Shown here piece by piece: positions 13,701 to 26,181 of a DNA stretch of 64,000 nt. The DNA comes from an uncultured Actinomycetota bacterium (GTDB taxonomy: Bacteria > Actinomycetota > Actinomycetes > Mycobacteriales > Mycobacteriaceae): NCBI GenBank assembly GCA_963780705.1, contig CAWACU010000002.1, forward strand, positions 235,226-299,225. Direction: 5' to 3'. The stretch's first letter is position 1. Every line of letters begins with the position of its first letter. A model generated the notes under the pieces. The model saw nothing but the letters and a program-made list of their open reading frames with translations. It did no database searches and was not told the origin of the DNA. The position numbers and the translations under genes were made by a program.

Positions 13701-14781
13701 CCTGGCCAGGCCTGCGACCCGGATCCCGGACCCGAACTGGGTCTGCCCGCTGCCGCTGCGCGAGACCAAGCGCATCGTCATGGGCCACGGCGGCGGCGGC
13801 ATCCTCTCCGAGGAACTGATCGAGAACCTGTTCCTGCCCGCGTTCGGCTCCGCCGCCGGGCCGTCCCGGGACTCCGCGGTGCTGGAGGTCCCGGCGCGGC
13901 CGGATCGCGCTGACCACCGACTCCTACGTCGTCAACCCGCTGTTCTTCCCCGGCGGCAACATCGGCGACCTCGCCGTCAACGGCACCATCAACGACCTCG
14001 CCTGCAGTGGCGCGCAACCGCTCGGCACTGACCGCCGGGTTCATCCTGGAGGAGGGTCTGGAGCTCGAGGTGCTCGGCGCGATCGCCCAAGCCATGGGCA
14101 ACGCCGCCGCCGAGGCGCGGGGTCGGCATCGTCACCGGCGACACCAAAGTCGTCGGAAAGGGCGGAGCCGACGGGCTTTTCATCAACACCGCCGGGGTCG
14201 GCGTGGTCGCCCGACGGGTGTGCGAATCGGACCGGAACAGGCCCGCCCCGGTGACCACATCATCGTGTCCGGCAACATCGGCGAACACGGCGTGGCGATC
14301 ATGAGCGTGCGCGAGGGCATCGACTTCGGCACCACGGTCACCACCGACAGCGCTCCGCTGCACCGGCTGGTGGCGGCCATGCTCGCCGCGTGCGACGACC
14401 CGAATTCGATTCACGCACTGCGTGATCCGACCCGCGGCGGTCTGGTGGCCGCCACCGTGGAGATCGCCCGCACCTCCGGTGTCGGCGTCGAACTCGACGA
14501 GCACGCCATCCCGATTCCCGAGACGGTGGCCTCGGCCTGCGGCTTCCTCGGCCTGGACCCGTTGCAGGTGGCCAACGAGGGCAAGATGGTGGCCTTCGTC
14601 GACCCGGCCCACAGCGAGGCGGTGCTGGCCGCCATGCGGGCCGCGGCCGGAAGGCGCCGACGCCGCCATCATCGGCCGGGTGGTCGACGAGCACCCCGGA
14701 ATGGTGGTGGTCCGGACCCCGTTCGGCACCACCCGGGTGGTGGAACGCGAACTGGGCGAACAACTTCCGCGGATCTGCTGA
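13693..14781 (+). CDS. hypE: Hydrogenase maturation protein HypE (frameshifted)
   Basis: [34 protein letters not shown]-terminal PRIC. Confidence 0.93.
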
Positions 14782-14796
14782 TCTTGCCCGACGCCC

Positions 14797-15874
14797 ATGC
14801 CTGAACCGATGGTTCCCGGGATCACCGGAACACTCGACGACGCCGCCGTCGCCGCCGTCGACCGGCTGGGTCCGCGCGCAGGGCATCGGGTCGAGCGTCA
14901 CCGATGTGGTGCCGCTGACCGGCGGCTAGCAGAACGTCGTCGTCCGGTTGACGCGTCGACGGTCGCCGCCTGGTGCTGCGCCGGCCGCCGCCGCACCCGC
15001 GGCCCAACAGCGACCGCACCATGCAACGCGAGATCGCGGTGCTGCGCACCCTGGCCGGCAGCGACGTCCCGCACCCGCGCATCGTCGCCGCCTGCGAGGA
15101 CCTCGACGTCCTCGGTGTCGTCTTCTACCTGATGGAGGAGGTCGACGGCTTCAACCCCGGCAACGAGATCACTCCCGGCCTACGTCAACGATCCGGCGAT
15201 GCGCCACCAGGTCGGTCTGAACTACGCCGCCGACGTGGCCCGGCTGGGCCTGGCGCGCCTGGCAGGGCAGTCCGCTGGAGCAGTGGAAGCGGCCCGGGTC
15301 GTTCCTGGAACGCCAAGTGCCGCAGTGGCGTATCGTCGTCGCCGCGTACCGGGCAGCAGGACGGCTACGCCACGACTCGCTGCCCGGCGTGGACGACCTG
15401 TGCGACTGGCTGGAGGCGCAGGCGCCGGCCGACTACGCGCCCGGCATCGTGCACGGCGACATCCACCTGAACAACACGATGCTGCGCCGCGAAGTGCCCG
15501 AGGTGGCGGCATTCGTCGACTGGGAGATGTGCACCATCGGCGACCCGCTGCTGGACCTGGGCTGGATGCTGGTCTGCTGGCCGCTCGAACCCAACCCGCT
15601 CGGGTCGGCCGGATACCTGGCCGAACTCGGTGGGCTGGCGTCGCGCGGTGAGCTGCTGGAGGCCTACCTCGCGGCCGGCGGTCGGCCCACCGAGCAGCTG
15701 GACTGGTACCTGGCGCTGGCCTGCCTCAAGCTCGGCGTGGTCATCGAGGGCACCTGGGCGCGCTTACCTGGCCGGCCGGGCCACCCGCGAGGCGGGGGAG
15801 CGGCTGCACGACTCTGCGGTGATGCTGATGGGATGGGCACCGCCGTCGCCGCCGGCGACAACCCGTTCCAGTGA
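14797..15874 (+). CDS. APH/choline-kinase-like phosphotransferase family protein (frameshifted)
   Basis: LRRPP, FYLMEEVDG, HGDIHLNN, DWEMCTIGDPLLDLGW. Confidence 0.82.
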
Positions 15875-15890
15875 CGGTGTTGCCGCCCAT

Positions 15891-15958
15891 CCCGCGAGCG
15901 ACGCTAAACGTCGCGCAAACATCGGCGCGTCGGAAACGTTTGCGCCTGTTCGCGGGAG
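15891..15958. repeat. Imperfect intergenic palindrome (REP-like hairpin) between convergent genes
   Basis: cccgcgagcg...tgttcgcggg arms enclosing gcgcaaac...gtttgcgc. Confidence 0.5.
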
Positions 15959-15965
15959 AACGGGC

Positions 15966-16092
15966 TCAGCGCTGGGTGTTGCAGGTGCACTTCTGCTCGG
16001 TCGGCACCGTTGCGCATCACCTCGTCGACGTGCTCGCCGCAGCCGTCCCAGGTGGTCTTGTGGCAGCGCGGGCATTGGACTGGGTAGCACAT
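15966..16092 (-). CDS. Small Cys-rich protein, about 41 aa after removing one inserted base
   Basis: MCYPVQCPRCHKTTWDGCGEHVDEVMR then, in the shifted frame, TVPTEQKCTCNTQR*; strong RBS AAAGGAG upstream. Confidence 0.75.
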
Positions 16093-16122
16093 GATTCGTG
16101 TCTCCTTTGAGTTGATGTCAGG

Positions 16123-16498
16123 TTATGCGTCGATGGCTCGCGATTGGGCGGCGATCTCGGCGCGGACCTCGTCCATGTCGAGTTCCTTGATCTTGGTGAC
16201 GAGCTCCTCCAGGGCGGGTGCCGGCAGCGCGCCGGGCTGGGAGAACAGCAGGACGCCGTCACGGAAGGCCATGATCGTCGGGATCGAGCGGATCTGCAGC
16301 GCCGCGGCCAGTTCCTGCTCGACCTCGGTGTTGACCTTGGCGTGCACGACGTCGGGGTGCGCCGCCGCGGAGCGGTCGAAGACCGGCGCGAACGGCGCGG
16401 CACGGACCGCACCACGAGGCCCAGAAGTCGACGAGCACGATCGGCTTCTCGGTGACGGTGGACTCGAAGTCGGCTGCGGTGAGTTCGACGGTGGCCAT
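16123..16498 (-). CDS. Thioredoxin (frameshifted)
   Basis: VLVDFWASWCGPC active site; IRSIPTIMAF; RBS AAGGA. Confidence 0.92.
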
Positions 16499-16538
16499 GG
16501 ATGGTCCTTTCGTTATGGGTGAAGACGCCTGGTTCAAG

Positions 16539-16621
16539 TACCCCAGGGGGTATATTTATTCCCGTCTTGCCAGTACCCCCTCGGGTATGTCTATCATGGA
16601 ATCAGCATACCCCCAAGGGTA
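16539..16621. promoter_or_regulatory. Three CsoR/CstR-type operator palindromes, TACCC-N4-GGGTA
   Basis: taccccagggggta 16539-16552, taccccctcgggta 16574-16587, tacccccaagggta 16608-16621, in the divergent thioredoxin/rhodanese gap. Confidence 0.85.
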
Positions 16622-16646
16622 TCCGAGACCGAGGATGGATTCACCG

Positions 16647-17240
16647 ATGAGGGCACCTCGCCGATCCTGAACGCCGCTGAACTGCGCGGACTGCTCGGAG
16701 CTCCCCGACGCCGCCGCGCATCATCGACGTCCGCACACCCGGTGAGTTCGAGACCGTCCACATCGCCGGCGCCTACAACGTGCCGCTGGACCTGCTCCGC
16801 GAACACCGCGACGAGATCCGCGCGCACCTCGACGAGCACGTGGTGCTGGTGTGCCAGCTCCGGTCAGCGTGCCGCGCAGGCCGAGGAGACGCTGCGGCAG
16901 CGCGGGCCTGGCCAACGTGCACATCCTCGACGGCGGCATGAGCGCCTGGGAGGCCAACCGGCTTCGCGGTCAACCGCGGGGCCCAGCGCTGGGATCTGCA
17001 GCGCCAGGTCCGCTTGGTCGCCGGTACCATCGTCGCGCTGAGCATCCTGGCCAGCATCGTGGTCCCCGGTATGAAGTGGGTGGCGTTCGTGATGGGCGCC
17101 GGCCTGAGCATCACCGCGATCACCAACACCTGCCTGATGGGCATGATGCTGGCCAAGCTGCCGTACAACCGGGGCGCCGCCTGCGATGCGCAGACCGTCG
17201 TCGCTCAACTCGTCGGACGCCCGCGACGCCAAACGAGGCC

Positions 17241-17244
<4 letters not shown>
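16647..17244 (+). CDS. Rhodanese domain fused to a DUF2892-type membrane domain (frameshifted)
   Basis: IIDVRTPGEFETVHIAGAYNVPLD, active-site VLVC, LDGGMSAW, RWDLQRQVR, NTCLMGMMLAKLPYN. Confidence 0.85.
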
Positions 17245-19923
<2,679 letters not shown>

Positions 19924-19974
19924 GGGCAGTCCCAGGTCCTGATCGGACCGGCGGTACCGCAATCTTCGACTGAG

Positions 19975-19988
19975 TTGACGCGTGTCAA
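19975..19988. promoter_or_regulatory. Palindromic candidate TetR operator
   Basis: ttgacgcgtgtcaa in the divergent cyp136/TetR gap. Confidence 0.55.
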
Positions 19989-20025
19989 GTTTCCCTGGGC
20001 GCGCGGCGTGGTGCATGGTGATCGG

Positions 20026-20698
20026 GTGAGCGCACCGCAGGACGATCTCGCGGCCCTCCGCCGCCGCGGTGACTCGATCGATGGCCCCGCCGCCGCGGCG
20101 ACCGCCAGCGCCACGCGATCGTGCAGGCCGTCCGCGAGCTTGCTGCACGGAGAAACCGTTCGCCGAACTGTCGGTCAGCACCATCAGCGACCGGGCCGGG
20201 GTCGCGCGGTCAGGTTTCTACTTCTACTTCGACTCCAAGTACGCGGTGCTGGCGCACATCCTCGGTGAGGTGGCCGACGAACTCGACCGAACTCACCGGA
20301 GACTTCGCCCCGCGCAGCGACGGCGAGACCCCGGCGCAGTTCGCCAAGCGGATGGTCGGAAGCGCGGCGGTGGTCTACGCCCACAATGACCCGGTGATGT
20401 CGGCCTGCAACAGCGCGCGCGGCACCGACGCCGAGATCCGCGACATCCTCGACCGTTACAACGAGGCCGTCATCGACCAGATCGTGCCCGATCGTCGAGG
20501 CCGAGATCGGCAGTGGCACCGCTGATCCGATCACCGACGATGTCCGCGGCACTGGTGCGTGCACTGTCGGCGACGACGGCGCTGACGCTCTCGGGCGAGT
20601 CGTTGTTCACCGGCCCGGAGCGCGATCTCCAGCGCGCCGTCGATGTGCTGGAGAAGCTGTGGCTGCACGCCCTGTGGGGCGGGCAGGCCGACGGCTAG
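20026..20698 (+). CDS. TetR family regulator (Rv3058c-like, frameshifted)
   Basis: HTH FAELSVSTISDRAGVARSGFYFYFDSK. Confidence 0.88.
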
Positions 20699-20706
20699 AG
20701 GGCTCC

Positions 20707-21575
20707 ATGGAATTCGACGTGACGGGCAAGCGGGTGCTGGTCACCGGTGCGGCCAGCGGGATCGGCCGGGCGATCGCACTGCGACTCGCCCGCGACGGCG
20801 CGACGTTGTATCTGACCGACGTCAACGCCGAAGGGCTTGCCGACACCGTCGCTGCGGCGCGCGAGGCCGGTGCGGAGGTGGCCGAGCATCGGGCCTTCGA
20901 CATCGCCGACTACGACGCCGTCGCCGCACTTCGCCGCCGACATCCACATCCGCCACGTCGCGATGGACGTGGTGATCAACATCGCCGGGGTGTCGGCGTG
21001 GGGCACCGTCGATCAGCTCACCCACCAGCACTGGCGCAGCATGATCGACGTCAACCTGATGGGTCCGATCCACGTCATCGAGACGTTCCTGCCCGCGATG
21101 GTCGCCGCCGGTCGCGGCGGCAGCCTGGTCAACGTGTCCGTCGGCCGCCGGACTGGTGGCGCTGCCCTGGCATGCCGCCTACAGCGCCAGCAAGTTCGGT
21201 CTGCTGGGCCTCTCGGAGGTGCTGCGGTTCGACCTGGCCCGGCACCGCATCGGCGTCTCGGTGGCGGTGCCCGGTGCGGTGGACACCCCGCTGGTGCAGA
21301 CCGTGGACATCGCCGGGGTGGACCGCGACCACCCGACGGTCCAGCGCTGGGTACAGCGGTTCAGCGGTCACGCGATCCCCGCCGACGTCGCGGCCGAGAA
21401 GATCCTCGCCGGGGTGGCCCGCAACCGCTTCCTGATCTACACCTCAGCCGACATCCGGGCGCTGTATGCCTTCAAACGGCTGGCGTTCGGTCCCTACAGT
21501 CTGGTGATGACGCGGGTCAACGTCTTCTTCACCCGCGTCCTGCGGCCCCGCAGCCGCGCCCTGCCGCCGGACTGA
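20707..21575 (+). CDS. Short-chain dehydrogenase (Rv3057c-like, frameshifted)
   Basis: TGAASGIG, NIAG, YSASK. Confidence 0.88.
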
Positions 21576-21592
21576 AGGGACACTTCCGAGCG

Positions 21593-22135
21593 ATGGCGAC
21601 AATCAGGGTCCTGACCCTGGTCGGAAGCCTGCGCGCAGCGTCGATCAACCGGCAGCTCGCCGAGCTGGCGGCCCAGTCGGCTCCCGACGGTGTCGACGTC
21701 ATCGTCTACGAGGGGCTCGGCGATCTGCCGTTCTACAACGAGGACATCGACACCGCCGACGCGCCCGCCGCGGTGAGCGCCCTGCGGGCGGCCGCCGCCG
21801 CAGCCGACGCGGCCCTGGTGGTGACGCCGGAATACAACGGCAGCATCCCCGGTGTTCTCAAGAACGCCATCGACTGGCTGTCGCGGCCCTGGGGCGACGG
21901 CGCGCTGAAGGGCAAGCCGCTGGCCGTCATCGGGACCGCGCTGGGCCGCTACGGCGGGACGTGGGCCCATGACGAGGCCCGGAAGTCCTTCGGGATCGCC
22001 GGCGCCCGGGTGGTCGAGTCGATCAGCCTCTCGCTGCCCGCGGCCACCCTCGATGGCAAGCACCCCCGGGAGGACGCTGACGTGGCCGCGGCGGTGCGGG
22101 ACGCGATCGGCAAGCTGGCCGCCGAGGTTCGCTGA
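21593..22135 (+). CDS. NADPH-dependent FMN reductase (Rv3054c-like)
   Basis: GSLRAASIN, TPEYNGSIPGVLKNAIDWLSRP. Confidence 0.92.
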   Translation: MATIRVLTLVGSLRAASINRQLAELAAQSAPDGVDVIVYEGLGDLPFYNEDIDTADAPAAVSALRAAAAAADAALVVTPEYNGSIPGVLKNAIDWLSRPWGDGALKGKPLAVIGTALGRYGGTWAHDEARKSFGIAGARVVESISLSLPAATLDGKHPREDADVAAAVRDAIGKLAAEVR

Positions 22136-22194
22136 CGCCGACGGGCCCGATGAACCGGCTGACGCCGACGGGCCCGATGAACCGGCTGACGCCG
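22131..22194. repeat. 27-bp perfect tandem repeat, about 2.4 copies, starting at the FMN reductase stop codon
   Basis: gctgacgccgacgggcccgatgaaccg x2 + gctgacgccg. Confidence 0.92.
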
Positions 22195-22197
22195 GAT

Positions 22198-22220
22198 TTG
22201 TCGGTGGGCGCCGGTAGACA
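22198..22220 (+). promoter_or_regulatory. Candidate PafBC (RecA-NDp) promoter motif upstream of nrdHIE
   Basis: ttgtcggtg-N8-tagaca; one mismatch to tTGTCRgtg-N8-TAnnnT. Confidence 0.5.
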
Positions 22221-22314
22221 AAGGGGTGCGGGGAAGCCGTCGTGTTGTGAGGTGCGACACGCCGGTGACCCGTCCACCGAAAGCCTTACGACCAGGGAAT
22301 TTCAGGATTGTTAT

Positions 22315-22363
22315 TCGGAATATGTGGTAGGTCTTCTGTGTCAGTACCCACTAGGTGTAGTGT
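22315..22363. promoter_or_regulatory. NrdR box (plus a degenerate second box) upstream of nrdH
   Basis: ccactaggtgtagtgt 22348-22363; weaker tcggaatatgtggtag 33 bp upstream. Confidence 0.7.
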
Positions 22364-22452
22364 TTGGGCAGGCCGAAAGACCGGTTATCACCGGCCCCAC
22401 GACAGTACTGAAACATCCCTGTCCGTCCGTTCGCCGAGGAGCTGCGCCGCAG

Positions 22453-22710
22453 ATGACCATCACCGTCTACACCAAGCCCGCCTGCGTGCAGTGCAACGCC
22501 ACCTACAAGGCGCTGGACAAGCAGGGCCTGTCCTACGAGGTCGTCGACATCACCGAGGTGCCCGAGGCCCGTGACTACGTGATGGCGCTGGGCTACCTGC
22601 AGGCGCCGGTCGTGGTGGCCGGCGGCGAGCACTGGTCGGGCTTCCGGCCCGACCGGATCAAGGCCCTGGCCGGCGCCGCCGAGTCGGCGTCCGCCGCCGT
22701 CAGCGCCTAG
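22453..22710 (+). CDS. nrdH: Glutaredoxin-like NrdH redoxin
   Basis: YTKPACVQC, WSGFRPDRIKAL. Confidence 0.97.
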   Translation: MTITVYTKPACVQCNATYKALDKQGLSYEVVDITEVPEARDYVMALGYLQAPVVVAGGEHWSGFRPDRIKALAGAAESASAAVSA

Positions 22711-22727
22711 CGGCGAGGACACGCGCC

Positions 22728-23197
22728 ATGGATTCGGTGCGGCTGGTGTATTTCTCCAGCGTCTCGGAGAACACCCACCGCTTCGTCGCAGAAGCTGGGC
22801 CTGCCGGCCATCCGGATTCCGCTGCACGGCCAGATCGAGGTCGACGAGCCCTACGTACTGATCCTGCCGACCTACGGCGGCGGACGGGCCAACGGGCCCG
22901 GACCCCGACGCCGGGGGTTATGTGCCCAAGCAGGTCATCGCTTTTCTGAACAACGAACACAACCGTTCGCTGATCCGCGGCGTGATCGCGGCCGGCAACA
23001 CCAATTTCGGCGCCGAGTTCTGCTACGCGGGCAATGTCGTGTCCCGCAAGTGCGAGGTGCCGTATCTCTACCGATTCGAATTGATGGGAACTGCCGAGGA
23101 CGTGGAAGCCGTCCGGGCCGGTCTGGCTGATTTCTGGAAGGACTCAGTTTCGAAGGATGACAGGTGTCACCAACCGTCACTGCTGCAGAGCCGGTAA
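22728..23197 (+). CDS. nrdI: Class Ib RNR flavodoxin NrdI (frameshifted)
   Basis: [33 protein letters not shown]. Confidence 0.95.
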
Positions 23198-25353
23198 GCA
23201 CACGACCACAGCGCATGCCACCGCGCACGCGCTGCCGGGGGAGACGGACTACCACGCGCTCAACGCGATGCTCAATCTGTACGGGCCTAACGGCGAGATC
23301 CAGTTCGACATGGATCGCCTCGCCGCCCGGCAGTACTTCCTGGAGCACGTCAACCAGAACACCGTGTTCTTCCACAATCAGGACGAGAAGATCGACTACC
23401 TGATTCGGGAGAACTACTACGAGCGTGACGTTCTCGACCAGTACTCGCGCAACTTCGTCAAGACGCTGATCGACCGGGCCTACGCCAAGAAGTTCCGCTT
23501 CCCGACGTTCCTGGGTGCGTTCAAGTACTACACCTCCTACACGCTGAAGACCTTCGACGGGAAGCGCTACCTGGAGCGCTTCGAGGACCGCGTGGTGATG
23601 GTGGCGCTCACGCTGGCCGCCGGTGACACCACGCTGGCCGAGCAACTCGTCGACGAGATCATCGACGGCCGCTTCCAGCCGGCCACCCCGACATTCCTCA
23701 ACTCCGGCAAGGCCCAGCGCGGCGAGCCGGTGAGCTGCTTCCTGCTGCGCATCGAGGACAACATGGAGTCGATCGGGCGTTCGATCAACTCCGCGCTGCA
23801 GCTGTCCAAGCGTGGCGGCGGAGTCGCGTTGCTGCTCAGCAACATTCGTGAGCACGGCGCGCCGATCAAGAACATCGAGAACCAGAGCTCCGGGGTCATC
23901 CCGATCATGAAGCTGCTGGAGGACTCGTTCTCCTACGCCAACCAGCTCGGCGCGCGCCAGGGTGCGGGCGCGGTGTACCTGCACGCGCACCACCCCGACA
24001 TCTACCGCTTCCTGGACACCAAGCGGGAGAACGCCGACGAGAAGATCCGGATCAAGACGCTGAGCCTCGGCGTGGTGATCCCGGACATCACCTTCGAGCT
24101 GGCCAAGAACAACGAGGACATGTACCTGTTCTCGCCGTACGACGTCGAGCGGTCTACGGGGTGCCGTTCGCCGACATCTCGGTCACCGAGAAGTACTACG
24201 AGATGGTCGACGACGCCCGCATCCGCAAGCACAAGATCAAGGCCCGCGAGTTCTTCCAGACGCTGGCCGAGTTGCAGTTCGAGTCGGGCTACCCGTACAT
24301 CATGTTCGAGGACACGGTGAACCGGGCCAACCCGATCGACGGCAAGATCACCCACTCGAACCTGTGCTCGGAGATCCTGCAGGTGTCCACGCCGTCGAGG
24401 TTCAACGAGGATCTGTCGTATGCCGAAGTGGGCCAGAGACATCTCGTGCAACCTGGGCTCGCTGAACATCGCCAAGGCGATGGACTCGCCGGACTTCGCC
24501 CAGACCATCGAGGTGGCCATCCGGGCGCTGACCGCGGTCAGCGATCAGACCACACATCACCTCGGTGCCCTCGATCGAGAAGGGCAACAGCGAGGCGCAC
24601 GCGATCGGGCTGGGGCAGATGAACCTGCACGGCTACCTGGCCCGCGAGCGCATCTTCTACGGCTCCGAAGAGGGCATCGACTTCACCAACATCTACTTCT
24701 ACACGGTGCTCTACCACGCGCTGAAGGCGTCGAACAAGATCGCCATCGAACGCGGTGAGACGTTCATCGGCTTCGAGAAGTCCAAGTACGCCAGCGGTGA
24801 GTTCTTCGACAAGTACACCGAGCAGGTGTGGGAGCCGCAGACCGACAAGGTCCGAAAGCTGTTCGCCGATGCGGGCATTCGCATCCCGAACCAGGACGAC
24901 TGGCTGCGCCTCAAGGAGTCGGTGCAGAGCAACGGCATCTACAACCAGAACCTGCAGGCCGTCCCGCCGACCGGGTCGATCTCCTACATCAACCACTCGA
25001 CGAGTTCGATCCACCCGATCGCGTCGAAGGTCGAGATCCGCAAGGAAGGCAAGATCGGCCGCGTCTACTACCCGGCGCCGTACATGACCAACGACAACCT
25101 GGAGTACTACCAGGACGCGTACGAGATCGGCTTCGAGAAGATCATCGACACCTACGCCGCGGCCACCCAGCATGTGGACCAGGGGCTGAGCCTGACGCTG
25201 TTCTTCAAGGACACCGCCAGCACGCGCGACGTCAACAAGGCGCAGATCTACGCGTGGCGCAAGGGCATCAAGACGCTGTACTACATCCGGCTGCGGCAGA
25301 TGGCGCTGGAAGGGCACCGAGGTCGAGGGCTGCGTCAGTCCTGCATGTTGTGA
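23164..25353 (+). CDS. nrdE: Class Ib ribonucleotide reductase alpha subunit (frameshifted)
   Basis: [47 protein letters not shown]-terminal CxSC. Confidence 0.97.
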
Positions 25354-25378
25354 TTGCCTGCCGCTGACGGGGGATCTG

Positions 25379-26134
25379 GTGGCGGCCGAACTTTCGACCG
25401 GGGGCTTGGTCTATGGGGTCAGGCTTCGGTCGGAGTCTTCTTATCGCTATGTCGGTCTTACGACAAAAACGGCGAAGTTGCGGCTTCGTCAGCATTGGAA
25501 GCAGGCTGCGTCGGGTAGAAAAACACCCTTCTACGACTGGTTGCGTAAGCAAGATCGCGACGACGTGGTGGTGGATCAGCTGGACTGGGCCGACGAACTT
25601 GATGAGCTCGGTGAGGCCGAAAGCGCCTGGATAGCTTTGTTGCGGCGTGAGGGCCACCCGTTGCTGAACCTTGCGGCCGGAGGGCTTGGGCCGACGGGCG
25701 TGGAATGGACTGTCGAGATGCGACAAGCTGCGAGTATCCGGGCGACTGGTCGTAAGATTCCAGGCCGGTTCGGTGAAGAGAACCCGTTCTATCGGAGGAA
25801 TCACTCGCCCGAGCAGCGGGCGAGGTGGTCCGCTGCTCGTAAGGGTACGAACGTCGGGGCTGACAATCCGAACTATGGGAAGGTTGGCGCGGACCATCCC
25901 AGCTTCGGCCGTGTGATGTCGGAGGAGGCGAAGGCCAGGCTGTCGGTAAGCAGGACGGGCGCTGGGAACCCCAATTTTGGTCGCAGTGCGAGCGAAGAAA
26001 CACGGGCCAAGATGTCAGCGGTTCGCAAAGGCCGTCCAATGCCGTCAAGTCGGCGTAGTGCGCATACCAGGCACCACACGAATAGAGGGGTCAAGAAGGC
26101 GACGTGCCGTTACTGCGTTGAGGACTCGCAGTGA
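25379..26134 (+). CDS. Free-standing GIY-YIG endonuclease-like protein with NUMOD3 repeats
   Basis: GLVYG-x9-YVG, conserved R (RLRQH), E (EAESAWI), N (LLNLAAGG); GEENPFY..HSPEQRARWS, MSEEAKARLS, SEETRAKMS repeats; atypical A/T-ending codons. Confidence 0.85.
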   Translation: MAAELSTGGLVYGVRLRSESSYRYVGLTTKTAKLRLRQHWKQAASGRKTPFYDWLRKQDRDDVVVDQLDWADELDELGEAESAWIALLRREGHPLLNLAAGGLGPTGVEWTVEMRQAASIRATGRKIPGRFGEENPFYRRNHSPEQRARWSAARKGTNVGADNPNYGKVGADHPSFGRVMSEEAKARLSVSRTGAGNPNFGRSASEETRAKMSAVRKGRPMPSSRRSAHTRHHTNRGVKKATCRYCVEDSQ

Positions 26135-26181
26135 GGTCCTCTGGTTTGCGAGCCAGGAACGCTGTTACCGAATTGCCCCAA

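Noticed and set aside
14797-15874. Aminoglycoside resistance gene
   Set aside because: It resembles the broad acyl-CoA-dehydrogenase-associated APH-like family; nothing specific points to antibiotic modification
22131-22194. 27-bp repeats as a CRISPR array
   Set aside because: The copies are directly adjacent with no spacers, and there are no cas genes
23164-26134. Group I intron or intein in nrdE hosting the endonuclease
   Set aside because: nrdE has normal length with its terminal CxSC motif, and the endonuclease lies wholly after the stop codon
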